From Amoebidium appalachense (taxonomy: Eukaryota; Protista; Ichthyosporea), in NCBI GenBank assembly GCA_963693365.1, contig CAVNZM010000003.1, positions 3,853,106 to 3,917,105 of the forward strand: 64,000 nt of DNA, written 5' to 3'. Made by a program: the position numbers and the translations under genes. Below, piece after piece: positions 33,810-47,060 of this stretch (position 1 is its first letter; every line of letters begins with the position of its first letter). The notes below the pieces were generated by a model that had not been told where the DNA came from, ran no database searches, and saw only the letters and a list, made by a program, of their open reading frames with translations.

Positions 33810-35737
33810 ATTTCTTTCTTTCTTTTATTTTTTTAACAATTGCAGTACCGGAAACATACCCAGCTTCGTCAACAACCCCATCGGCTCCCATCTCGCGCCA
33901 AATGCAAGCAAACTTCAAACCAGCGCCGACATGTTACCCGAATCTCCCCTTCAAGACCCCATATTCCTGTCGCTACCTGGTGGCCCAAACATTCACAACA
34001 TCGACAACACGCCAAATTTCGCAGGAAAATCCATCAGCTTATACGGCGAGGAAACACAAACGTCGTCCTTGCGACACCTCGAACGCACTTCAAAAATCCT
34101 GAAGTTCGCGTCCGAGTGGGGTTGCCCAATTTCCTACATTCTAGTTTTACTCGGTGGGGTTTTGCCATACATGGTTGGGTTGTGCATTGGATCGACCGAT
34201 GTTCTTTTCACGACGTATACAGTCACATCGTGGATTGAACTTATCGTAAGAGGGTTGTTGGTCCAGGCCTCGCTATCAGCGCCTTGATTCTCATTCGGTT
34301 TACTTCGAATATTCAAGATGTCTGCTGTCTCACCACACAGTTGAGGGTTTGCAACCCCCCCCCCCCTCCCCCCCCCCCCCCCCCCCCCCCCCCCCTCTCC
34401 CTACCTTATCCCACCCCCTCCCCACGGAGGTTCACACCTTGCCATTGTTATATTGCTGAAAGTAATCTTCACTTATTTTGGTTGGGAAAAGTTAGGGCAT
34501 TTTTGTACACAGCATAGAAGTGAAAATGTGCACGTGTACAAAACCCGCTTCTAAAAAAAAAAAACAAAGAAAGAAAGAACTCGGATTCCACTTTAACTTA
34601 TTGCCTAACGCACAAGAACTCGCGGGCGGAATTCTTCGCGTATCTCGAGCGCGAATTTGCGTCGGAAAATTTATATTTCTGGCTGGCTGTGGAGAATTTT
34701 CGTGCGCTGGCACTGAAAAAAGCTGCAAAGGCAACCGCTGAGAAGACGGGCTCCTTTGCTGAGTGTTTTAGGTCTCCCTCCGGCGAGTCAGCGTATGAAT
34801 GAGTTAGACCTTCGCTTTTGTTTTCATTTGGTTAGGCTTCCTTCTTATCATCCTTTGATGCAATTCTTTCCTTCTTTAGACCCTGTTCCCATTTCTAATA
34901 TTCGTGCGAAATGTCCTGTACCCAATCTATCTCCCATTCAGAGATATCCTTTTTAATATTTGTCTCCTTTATTTTTCTCTTCCCCTATTTATCAGCAGTA
35001 TGTCACCTTGGTTTCATACTCAATATCCTTTGCTTCATCGTTGGGATAAAGAGTATCATGGTAGGACTCTGGAGCCTGTGCTTCTTTTTATATTAGAGAC
35101 TCGTCTATTTTCTCTACAATCGTTATGTAAATTAGCTACTTGTATTCATCCTTCCTCTCTTAAACCTACCACACTTGCCGATTTTGCCATTCTAACCCCT
35201 TCGTGTGATATCGCTTGGAAATGTTTATTTTGGCGTTGTAACCTTAGTTTCCATAAATGTTTGTGTCACTTTTGTGCAGAACCTTTTTCTCGCAAACATC
35301 TAGATAAATGTATTTATCTCGGATTCTTCCGTTAGAAATTCGAAGACTAGCTTATTTAGATAATCCTGATATTACTTCTATTCTCTATCTGTTAAACCAC
35401 CGTATGTTTAACGAGTTTTCTAGGGTGTATGATTATTTGAGTCGTTATCTCCTCCGTATCCGTGAGTAGGGATTTTTGTATTTTCTTCTCTTAGATATCT
35501 GTGATATCTCCGGCTTGCTTCTCTTTCATGATCATATCAATAAAGTCATTATAAAAGTACGTTTTTAGGCCAGAATCTGAGGTAAACCCCCCCCCCCCCC
35601 CCCCCTCCCCCCCCCCCCCCCCCCCCCTCCCCTCCCCCCCCCTCCCCCCTCCCCCCCCCCCCCCAAAAAAAAAAAGGAAAGAAAGAAAAAAAGAAAAGAA
35701 AAAAAAAGAGGAATAGAAACGCACATGCGGACCAACC

Positions 35738-35770
<33 letters not shown>

Positions 35771-36512
35771 TTTTTTTTTTTTTCTTTTTTTTTTCTCCCT
35801 ATTCGTTTCTTCCGGAACGGGTTGGGGTTCGTGTAAAGGCCTCTGACAGGATCTATTAAAAGAAAGAACTTTTTGATGTTAGGGTTGGGGTTTGCGCCTA
35901 TGCACACACAATCGAGTTTGGTATCTCAAAATTTTTTTTTTAAACCTTTGTATTTAGAGGGGCAACATTTAATAATATGCACGGGAAGGCCAATTTTACG
36001 ATTACTGAATTTTGGCTCTAGCCAGCTCTAATCTTATTTTCAGACCCTTTTAGCCCACCATAGGAAAAGGAAAACATCACAATTTTGATGTATGTTCTGG
36101 GGGCTAGCCCACTAGAATTTTTTATTTTTTTATTTTTTATTTTTAGAATTTCTAGCGCTAGAATCTTAAATTCGGAAAATCTTAAATTTAGACTACCCCT
36201 GGTACTAATCAAATCCCCCATGATGATTACAGGCCGCTATTGAAAGAGGCGTGTAAAATCCAGCAAATGTACGTTGCGAACGGCAGCCCCTCCCAAGTCA
36301 ACCTGTTTCAACCGGCAACGTTGGCGATCGCAAGGACATTAGATGCTCTCACGGCTGCAGTGCGGAAAACTCGCTCGAAAAGGTCAATTTGCACAGACCC
36401 CCCCACACACAGCAATTTTTTCCTGAAAAGCTTACAAGAATAAAATAGAAATGGAATATCACTTCTTCTAAACCCCTCCATCCTCCCCCCTTCCCCCCCC
36501 CCCCCCCCCCCT

Positions 36513-36544
<32 letters not shown>

Positions 36545-36997
36545 CCCCCCGCCGCTCCCTCCCAACACACAAACACACATAGACACATACACAGAGTAGG
36601 ATGGAAGAGAAAAAAGAAAAATGCACACACGTAATAAGAAAAGAAAAAAGAAAAATCACACACGATACGCCGTTACAAATACGTCTACAAATCTCCTGTT
36701 TTTTTTTTTTGAAAAAAGGATAAAAAGATGCACAAGTGTGCCAATCTTTCTTTTCTTTCTCCTCAGATGTGGGTGCTGCAAATACAAACACAAAGCCACC
36801 AATCAAAAGCTTCAGCGCAAACAGCCAACCAATCAAATCCATCCGTTGAGAGCGACGCACCTTTAAAGTCGTGGCGTGAAGTTGCCACCTATTGCAGCAC
36901 TATGTTCGACGAAGCACAAACCCACGTGTACCGAATGATGCGAGACGACTCCTTTGCTCGGTTCATTTTGTCCAAATGCCCCGAAAACGAGGTCTGA
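32590..36997 (+). pseudogene. TM-RGS protein B, tandem paralogue of the 21095-27993 gene, disrupted as assembled
   Basis: Exons 32590-33268, 33846-34346, ~34578-34762, 36233-36382 (or 36359), 36767-36997. Paralogous motifs YWRKRRQFPISEQWPVHT, FAARCLKVY, GGVLPY, LILIRFTSNIQD...TTQL. RGS motifs EFFAYLEREFASENLYFWLAVENFR, IQQMYVANGSPSQVNL, FDEAQTHVYRMMRDDSFARF. Frameshifts at ~32677-32717 and ~34262. TM6-TM7 coding not found. Confidence 0.8.
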
Positions 36998-37173
36998 TCA
37001 CAAAGGATATTTTGTATGCTGCATGAATAACCCCCCCCCCCCCCCCCCCCCCCCCCTCCCCCCTTCCCCCCCCCTCCCCCCAAACACACACACACACACA
37101 AACACACATGTGCGTGGACAAGTACATGCACGCAAGCGGCGTGTGCAACACACACACACACACACGCACACAC

Positions 37174-37212
<39 letters not shown>

Positions 37213-37213
37213 G

Positions 37214-37277
<64 letters not shown>

Positions 37278-37834
37278 CCGGGGCCTTTTTCCCAATATGG
37301 ATATAGAAATGTTATAGCAATATGCCCCCGTCTTTCCCCCCTTTTTGAATGAAGGATTCCGAAACATTCAGTGATAGATAATATAGGTCATAGTCATTTA
37401 TAACCGTCTGCTTGAGCGTCTTAACAGATAATGATAACCGTATTTAGCTATAATACGCTACTGTGAATGTTTGTAACTTAAAGTTGTGATCGGATGCCAT
37501 TGGATTGGCATTTTTGCGCTTGTTTCTCGAAAAGTGAGTCCTGGTTGGCTCAGTCACCACCAATGTGTGTGGTATCCGGAAGCTGTTGTCTTGCTCTTAT
37601 AGAGAGCTCGGACCGTAGTAGAATAGAGTGTTCCGAAGTTCGTGGTTGTTCGCTGATTCGTTTAGACCACCCAGGCGGACTAGAATACATAGAACGTCTA
37701 CATCACCTCCCTGCAAGTGGTAATAAAGTGGCCTTGCAAGGCGGACAGAAATAAATCTCAATATTGCAGGACCGTACACTTTTATCATGGCTTTATACAT
37801 CAGCATCAGTTATTAATTAGATCGACTGCAGATA

Positions 37835-38009
37835 CCGTAAAAATCGGTTCTTTTTTTTAGATTCTGCCCCCCGGCAAGTTTTCGGGGTGATCTTATTGGC
37901 GGACGGATGAATAGATCATACTGGATGGTAAGATTCTGACCCCGACCCTCCAAAAAATTTAAGATTCCGCCCCCCCCCCACATTTTGGGGGGTTCTTATT
38001 CGCGGACAG
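37835..38009. mobile_element. Possible degenerate Tc1/mariner-type MITE
   Basis: TA-flanked ends (TA|CCGTA ... ACAG|TA) and two internal direct copies of agattc-C-run-ttt-gggg..tcttatt.gcggac. The ends are imperfect. Confidence 0.25.
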
Positions 38010-38504
38010 TATCTGTATTTCGCCACTATTGGCCGGGTGGATGGGATCGTGGAGAGAGGGCGGGACGGAAGGGGAGGGGGGGGATCGAGGGGGAGGGCTC
38101 GTGTGAGTAGAGCTTGACTATCGATGTGGAAGTGAAGATGACTGCTTCGATCCCATCCTTTCCTGATGATACTGTTGGAGTGGCAAGTGGCTACCTGTCC
38201 AACAATGTGTGTGTGTTTGTGCTGTTTGGGTGGGTGGGTGGGGGGAAGGGGGGAGGGGGGGAGGGGGGGGAGGGGGGGGGGGGGGGGGGGGGGGGGGAGG
38301 GAGGGCACATGTTGCCTCAACCGGCGTCCCCATGCTCCTGGACCAGGCGGATAGTCATCACTAGTGCTATTGCGGTGATTTAGTAAAGCGTCAAGTGTGC
38401 TCATGAAAATTTACTGCTAGCACACGTGCAGTGTGCTAGTAGACTCCGCACCTGACGAAGTCTTGGAACTTGAGTTTAGGAAGTGATATTGTACTCAGCT
38501 GAAT

Positions 38505-38525
38505 GTTTGTGTGTGTGTGTGTGTG

Positions 38526-38582
<57 letters not shown>

Positions 38583-38587
38583 TGTGT

Positions 38588-38637
<50 letters not shown>

Positions 38638-38701
38638 GTGCATTCGTGCATGTCACGTGTGTGTGTGGTGTGTGTGTGTGTGTGTGTCACGGTGTGTGTG
38701 T

Positions 38702-38752
<51 letters not shown>

Positions 38753-38816
38753 TGTGTGTGTGTGTGCATTCGTGCATGTCACGTGTGTCTGTGATGTGTG
38801 TGTGTGTGTGTATCAC

Positions 38817-38849
<33 letters not shown>

Positions 38850-38852
38850 CAC

Positions 38853-38939
<87 letters not shown>

Positions 38940-38945
38940 CACGGT

Positions 38946-39035
<90 letters not shown>

Positions 39036-39090
39036 TGTATGTGTGTGTGTGTGTGTGTGTGTGTTTGTGCGTGCGTATACATGTGTGTGT
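38505..39090. repeat. Long compound (TG)n microsatellite with duplicated interruptions (cattcgtgcatgtcacg, tatcacgg)
   Basis: Directly visible; ~585 nt. Confidence 0.9.
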
Positions 39091-39877
39091 GGTGCAAGCT
39101 CAATAAAATATGAACGTTCTACAATTCCCAACATTAATAAAACATGTGGCAACAACACAACCGTTCTATTAAATCAAAAAACCAAAACAAATCAACAACT
39201 TATGTTTTTCATACTCGGTGACTAAAATCATGGCACCCGTGTTTTCTAGATATATTTCCTTTCATTGTGTTCAACGTACATGTGTGTGTGTGTGTGTGTA
39301 CATGTTTGTGTGTGTGTAATGTGTGTGTGTACGGGCCAAGTGAAGGTTGTATGCGTTTTTGTCTTCTTAGTTGTTTTTGTATTCTATTCGATTATTACTT
39401 TGTGTGTACATGTGGAAAAAAAACAAATAACAAAAAAATTACCCGCAATGACCACCGCCCAGCTTGAATCACCCTCGCTCTAGTGTAAAAGAATAATCAT
39501 TATCAGCCACAAACCCTTCTAGTACACTCGCCCTAAATGTCATATTCACATTACTGAGTTGATTTAGTTGTGTTTCTTACTCTATTTTTTTTTCAAAAAC
39601 TGTCTGCCTATAGCTATTAAAACATTAAAATGTACATGTGTTTGTGTGTGTGTGTGTGTGTGTGCCACAGGCCGGTGTGTGTGTGTGTGTGTGTGTGTGT
39701 TTGTGTGTGTGTGGATATAGAATTTACCGTCCTCATCCCCGTGTCCCCCTAAACCGGTGCTAGCAGACCTTTGAGGTTTTTGTGATTGGATTGGTAGTTC
39801 TATTACATTAAAAATTTCAAAATGTCGTTGTACCAATGATATAATACGTTGTAAACAAAATGTCGCCGAATTTCTCT

Positions 39878-40817
39878 TAAAAAAGTACGTTCCATTCTGG
39901 GTTAGAAACAAAAACCGTTTTGATACGGGAATCACCTGATCTCTGCCGTCATTCAGCCCAGCGCGTTCACAGTAGACTCCGAAACCGCTGGTTTTTTTCT
40001 TTTTATTTCAAAGCCCCGAGTACGTACATCCTCTCGGGCCCAACTTTAGGGCACTATATTTCAATTTTCTCATTATCAAATACATAGTTATTTAGGGTTT
40101 TTCATTAGTATCGCAAGAATATTTAGCGATTTTGATGTCATAAAACCAACTAAGCAACGTTTCGACGGTTTTTGATGCCTCACAAAATGGCCTTAGGTCC
40201 CCTCCAAATTCCGGATTTGAGGTCCGGCAAACAACGCATTATATATCTCTCGGGCCCAACTTTAGGGCACTATATTTCAATTTTCTCATTATCAAATATA
40301 TAGTTATTTTAGGCTTTTTCATTAGTATCGCAAGAATATTTAGCGATTTTGATGTCAAAAAAACAACTAAGCAACGTTTCGATGGTTTTTGATGCCTCAC
40401 AAAATGGCCTTAGGTCCCCTCCACGCCGGATTTGAGGTCCGGCACTAAAAAAGGTGCGTTCCATTCTGGGTTAGAAACGAAAACCGTTTTGATACGGGAA
40501 TCACCTGATCTCTGCCGTCATTCAGCCCAGCGCGTTCACAGTAGACTCCGAAACCGCTGGTTGTTTTCTTTTCATTTCAAAGCCCCGAGTACGTACATCC
40601 TCTCGGGCCCAACTTTACGGCACTATATTTCAATTTTCTCATTATCAAATATATAGTTATTTTAGGCTTTTTCATTAGTATCGCAAGAATATTTAGCGAT
40701 TCTGATGTCATAAAAACAACTAAGCAACGTTTCGATGGTTTTTGATGCCTCACAAAATGGCCTTTGGTCCCCTCCAAATTCCGGATTTGAGGTCCGGCAA
40801 ACAACGCATTATATATA
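39878..40817. repeat. Complex tandem repeat A-B-B-A-B (A ~150 bp, B ~200-215 bp)
   Basis: A (cgttccattctgggttagaaac...agtacgtacatc) at ~39878 and ~40446. B (ctctcgggcccaacttt...gaggtccggca) at ~40031, ~40247 and ~40600. Copies are near-identical and are followed by (TA)n(GA)n. Confidence 0.9.
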
Positions 40818-40832
40818 TTGTTAATATACATG

Positions 40833-40878
<46 letters not shown>

Positions 40879-41118
40879 GAGAGCTTCGCGGAGTACTAGA
40901 CTGTACCGAAAGAGAGCTAAAGAGAGTGTCTCAGAGTGAGAGAGAAAGAGAGAGGGGGGGGGGGGGGGGGGGAGGGAGTCTCTCGAGTTTTAAGCTAGTC
41001 TCAGTGAGAGAGGGAGAGAGAGACAGAGCTTGAGATCGAGTGAGAGGGGAGGGGGAATGGAGGGAGGGCGGGGATACATAATAAGCTTGTGTGTGGGAGG
41101 AAGAAGAATGGCCCTCCT

Positions 41119-41152
<34 letters not shown>

Positions 41153-42047
41153 AGAAGGGGAGCGTGATACATGCGGCCCGGCCGGCAGTCACACTGCTGT
41201 GTCCGGGACCTCTCGCTGGCATGACTGATCATGATCATGCATATCATTAATAATATGCCGCTCGTCTTGACACTTGGAACACAAAAACTCACGGACACGG
41301 CCATATATCATGGCGTTATGTCACACATGCTCAAGCATGTACAAGTTCTCTATTCCCCATGCCCCCCTGTCCCGCCCCCAACACACACACTCTTCCCCTA
41401 GCTAGCTCCACGCTCTCTAATCTGGCGCACGCATGTGCATGCATGCATCACCAGCAATACAGCGTCACATGTCTCAAAAATACATACTGTATGCAGTTAA
41501 TAGTTATGTCTCCACAGGATCACACAACCGTGGCACACACACAACAAATCCGGTGCCACGCATGCACCCATGCAGGAAGCTTATGCACATTATTGCATTT
41601 GTCCAACCAACACGATTTTACCCGCACACACACACACACACCATTATGGCGGGGGAGGTACCATTCGTTGCATCCCAGGTGTGTGTGTGTAACACAAACA
41701 CACGCACTATGCCAAACACACAAAGACATTCCACACACACACACACACACAGTGCACACAATAACAATATCCCAACCAAAATTTAAGGTATTTGGACCGA
41801 AGACAAGAGGTCCGCCTCGGTGTTCGCTGCAGGGGAAGGGGGGGGGGGGGGGGGGAGGGGGGGGGGAGGGGGATTTGACACCGTAACGATATTTTCAAAA
41901 ACATGTCACACACACAAATTGTTTTTATCCTGCACCGACAGTTTATTGGTCATCATTCTAGTGCGGGCGCTGGGAGCGTGGCAAAACTTATTCGACTGGG
42001 CGGGTGGTACTTTGCCCACGACACCATTCTATGCGGAGAGTTGGGGC

Positions 42048-42261
42048 TTAGTGGGACTCGGGCAAGGGGGGGAATGGGCACTCCAATTCGACAAGCTCGA
42101 ACACCTGGCCTGTGCGCGGAAACATATGGTCAGAAAAGGTGTGTGTGTGTGTGTGTGTGTGTGGTGTTACAGATTACAAGGCATACATTCATGCGGACAA
42201 AACACACAATGCAAACGTTGCAGAGTACACGGCAGGAGCATGTATATGCATGTGCGTGTTG

Positions 42262-42310
<49 letters not shown>

Positions 42311-42405
42311 AGGTGGAATACAGGGTGCAAAGCACACATTCATGCGGACAACACAATGCAAACTTGTGCACAGTTCATGTGTATTTGTATGTGTATGTGC
42401 GTCCT

Positions 42406-42436
<31 letters not shown>

Positions 42437-42591
42437 GGGGGGGGGGTTGGGTAGACATGAGGAAGATGCCATGAGCAGCCGAGAAAACCAGGTCAGGTCT
42501 ACCTTCACGACAATTAGAGAGAGTGTAAGTGTGAGTGTGAGCGCGCACACGCATTTTACACACGAAAGATAAGTGCACAGCGCTATCTCAG

Positions 42592-42631
<40 letters not shown>

Positions 42632-44832
42632 AAAAAACAACGAAGAAGAGGGAAAAAAAAACTGTGTACGGCATACATGCCTAACAGAGCACGAATGCTG
42701 GGTATGTATGTACAACCAACCGACAGTTTGCAACCGTAACACTTCAATAGAGCTCCCCTCCACAGATGGCATAAGCGCATCTTCATATCCCTGTTGGTCT
42801 GTGTGTGCTTGTGTGCGAGCGAGAGTGCACGTTTGCATGTAAGAATGCGTGTGTGTGTGTGTGCACGTACCGCACTCGGAGCACTCGAGGTGCTCGTCAT
42901 TCTCCAGCTTGTACCAGAGAGTCTCGTGGGGGCGGGGCTCACCATCGTGGCCGGTGCCACCTGCACACAGTACATTTGTCAGGGGAGTGCACACAGTACA
43001 TTAGTCCATTACCCAGGGGCATGCCAACAGTACATCACAGGGGTGCACACAGATAATATGTCAATGCACACAGTACATTTGTCAGAAGAATGCGCACAGA
43101 CCGTTCGAGAGGCATATAAGTGCAGTCCTTTACAGAGCGACCGTACAGCAAATGTTCTATTCCAGCGCGGTCTAACACAGGCAGCTCAAAAATGAACAAA
43201 CCAACACATGTTTGGATATGCACCAAGCAGCATCATGCACACGGTACGAAGGGCATGTAGCAGAAGCACGTGCATCAGAGAACAACACACACTAGTAATT
43301 CCAAGTCCACATGTGAGCCGGGAAAGACGCAACATGCAAAAGACGGATAGACATGCATTGCACGCGCACCATATACTCATTTAGTCAGTATGCATGTGAG
43401 AAGGTTTCTACGGATATTCCCGTCACGAACACTCCCCCCCCCCCCCCCCCCCCAAAAAAAAAAAAACACACACACACACCCATACACACAGCCCAATGTT
43501 CACAATAAACCACACACGAATCTACACAACCTTCTTCGAAAACCTGTGCACGAACCCCACCTCCGAGCGCACCTCTCAGCTTCCCATTCATCGCACACAT
43601 AGGCATGTGTTTAACCATATACATTGGATTCCACACATGCACTTAAGCATACACATCACATTCCACACACACCTAACCATATACATCACACATGCACATG
43701 TGTTCAACCATGTACATCACATTCCACACATACCTTGGCAGCCAATAACGCGCTCGGGCAGGAAAGAGGGAACCAGGTGGGGGCGGTCATATGACCCGAA
43801 GTGGCGGGAGGCAAGGTTCATGTAGAACGGGTCCTGATTAGTCAAAAAGGGGGTCAGTTAGGCGTACCCAGCAAAGGAGAGTGCACTCCGGAAAATGCAA
43901 GGATAAACAAGCCTTAAAAAACACACAAGGATTCAACAAAAGCTCCCTATGTGCCAATACCAAGACTACGGCCCCCTTACAAAGCGCGTTCACACCGTCT
44001 AGACAAAAGACATCCCTCCCTCCTCCCCCACAATGCAAACTCACACGCCCACTCAGAAACACATCATCATCATTCCATTCTGGTCGTCAGCCGGTTCTGC
44101 ACAGCAACTACCATTAATCAATCCGACTCCCCTGCCTCCCCCCCTTCCCCTTCAGCACACACCCACACACCCCAAAACGAGAATTAACCAAGGAAAAAAA
44201 AGAGGTGGAAGGTAGAACGTACGGGGTTGCCACGGGCCAGCTCCTTCTGCTGGTAGGCGGCCCAGCCGGTCTCGCCCTCGACACCCTGGATCACACCCGA
44301 TTGGCCAGGTGCAGCCGCCTCAACGACCGTCTTGGCTGCATGCCCTGCACACACACACACACACACACACACAACACACACAGGGATAGAGATGCAAGAG
44401 TGCAAGGTAGACGGAGGGTTATATAAACGGGCGGGCACAGACGTCAGTACACATGTCTATGTGGCATAGCAGCAGCAGGACATCGTATGTACTCCCCCCC
44501 CCCCCCCCAAAAAAAAAATACTGACATGTATGTACCAGGAGCCATACCTGCAAGAGAATTACACTACCAAGCCACATAGGTGCACCATCACGTACACAAG
44601 GCGAGCATGCAAGTCCACGCGCGCGCACACACACACACACACACGTGAAGACAGGCATGCACACAGAATGTGCTCTTAAAACCGTATTCTGAGCCGCAAA
44701 CACACCCTTCACACACATGCACAATCACAACTGTACACACACACAAACATTACCGGAGGCAGCGGCAGCGCGCACGGCCGAAAGAAGGGCAGGCCGCCGC
44801 AGGGCACTGGTAGCAACCCGGAGGAAAGACAT
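42048..44832 (-). CDS. COX5B: Cytochrome c oxidase subunit 5B (yeast Cox4 family), ~150 aa
   Basis: Exons 44832-44754 (gccaccATG; presequence MSFLRVATSALRRPALL), possible 12-nt micro-exon 44547-44536, 44344-44223, 43833-43734 (DPF...GSYDRPHLVPSFLPERVIGCQ), 42960-42871 (PHETLWY...ECSECG), 42109-42048 (QVFELV...TAA). All GT-AG and phase-consistent. Confidence 0.9.
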
Positions 44833-46699
44833 GGTGGCCGTGTGTCAGGAGACTGCGGGGCTGCACCAGAAAAAAAAAAGAGGTAAGCATACTGGGCGAA
44901 ATCGCCTATGCACCAACCCACAAAACTGAGAAGTCAACGGGCATATCCGGCTAGAAGAGAAGGGACACACACACCCCAGTGTGTAATACGTATTCGTATA
45001 CGTCCTACAATTGTGTGTCCATGCGCCTGAAAGACTTGTTGAAAAGTAGTTACGTGATGTTTGGCGCTACACCGTGCCCCCCCTCCCCCCCTTCACACAA
45101 AACGATGTTATTTGTCCGGTGTTTGAAGGTTTGATGTGATGACTGCCTGACTGTCTTGACACAACTGCTGTGATCTCAGGAAAAAAATATCTGCATTTTG
45201 CTTCCAACGAAACCTTCAAACAGAACGGAAGCTAATCTTTTGCCGAATAAAAAAAGATGTCTGAAGGCAAAACAATGGCAGATCACGGCTTCAAAAGACT
45301 GTCGTGTAAAGTATACCGATGGTTCGAGAACGCAGATCATGTTTCAAAAATGAATGGAAAAAAAGGAAATGTTATAGTAAAGAATGCTTCTGCCTTTCCG
45401 TCTCGGCCACCGCATGGCGTCTTTCCATCATTTCCTGCGTTTATCACAAAACCTGCCTAGTGCAAGCCGCGTGTACTTCGGGCGCATATCACCACTACAT
45501 CAACCTGCTACATCGTCCACCTTTCCCACAAAAAGAACAGAAAACGTGTAGGCAAACTATTTCTACAGTCGTCCTCTCGTTCCTCTCTCTCCCCTCCACC
45601 CGTTGGAACCCAAGCATCCACCTAGCATCACGATTTCGCTGTTCCCACAAATACCCTGGGATCCTACAGAAGGTATTCGCTCGAACATTCACCTCGGAAC
45701 CTAAAATCCTCCCGTCCTGCCAAAAAAAAAAAAAAAAACAAGTTCGAAACAAAAATCAGGGGGAGTAGAGGGCTACACACCTAAACACAACCTCGTTTCC
45801 TAGCGGCGCGCACACGAATGTGTCTCCCAAAGCGCGGGCCGGCGAGGGGTGGGGGCCTTCTAGCATAATCCGCCCGCCGGCGCGCCAGCCCGGCGGAATT
45901 CCAAAAAAAGAAGGCCGTTCAGTATGCGACAGAAATGCGACAGCTTTTTTGGCCTACTGCGACAGCTTTTTACCAGGCGCGAATATTCGCGGTTATGTAT
46001 AAGCGCGTGATTCTGCGAATATTCTTTTTTGTGAACTAGGGGGATTGCCGGCGGGATCTTGGAATTTCTCCCTACATCCTAAGCGTTCAAAGTTGGCTGC
46101 CCGGATTTTTACCTTAGCATGCAAGCATTCATCTCAGCAGGTTATTACCCTGATATGACACGCAAAGCGCACCATTGTACATGTATAACTTCTCTTCCCC
46201 ATTGTTCAAGAGGGGCGGCAACTCAATATTGCGTTGTAACGGTTGACTCAGATGCCGCGAATCATGAGCTTCATGAAAAGTCGCATTTGGACATTCCGAG
46301 AGAATTTAAAGATTTATTGGATTGGCTACCCAGTTACCGGCCCTCAAGAGAAGTTCTAAGTACTACATAGAATACAAAGAAAAACGCAGAGCAATAATGC
46401 CTTTATATTGATGGTGATCCCATATTTAAATACAGCTTCCCAAATTATGCTTCTTGTGAAGTTCATAAATACAAATATGCACATGTAGGGGGCTTGAGTC
46501 AAGGCCATAAGACAATCGTAAGTCACAAAAATGAGCTTAGAGAGTCCCAATAGAAGTCACGCAAGCATTTTATCTTCTTGTATCCGAGGAGGACAGAGCT
46601 TTTATAAAGCCTTCTGAATTACTACAAAGATTTACACGACAAGCTTTCATCACAAAGCTTCATCTAACAGAATGAAGATAAAGGAAAACTATTATAGGT

Positions 46700-47060
46700 T
46701 TAAAGTTGTATCACAACACCTACAACTAAATGCAATAGTAGCAATTCTTCGATGGATCATATGCCCAGTATTTTTAGGTTTGTTGTGTTTTCAGCACACC
46801 TCTTACATTATCCAATCAGTAGCTTCCCTTTGCGCCGGGATCTTGAGTCATATCACGCAACATGTTCCACAGTCAGTCACAGTTCAACAAATACGGTCAC
46901 ATCTGGGGCAAACTTCGGGGCTCCGATTCTTTCACATATATATAGGTTCACGCCCTAACGGAGGTGGAAACACAGCCTTTTCCCCTTTTTATTTTTCTCT
47001 GCCTTGTGTGCCTGATTTCAAGCCTGCGCCGTAAGACAGGGTTGTTACATCTGCGTGCTT
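46700..47060 (-). mobile_element. Probable decayed 3' end of a non-LTR retrotransposon ORF2
   Basis: Minus-strand fragments in different frames read RRLEIRHTR, EVCPRCD, LTVEHV and NLKILGI. Their order recalls the RLRIGHT...CxxC...LTVxH...C C-terminus of I-group LINEs. Many stops and frameshifts; recognition by eye only. Confidence 0.35.

Noticed and set aside
46119-46370. ORF ending SHLDIPREFKDLLDWLPSYRP, loosely like IFT46
   Set aside because: The strongly conserved following motif (KPFIPDxIPAVGDID) is absent in all frames, so this is probably chance.
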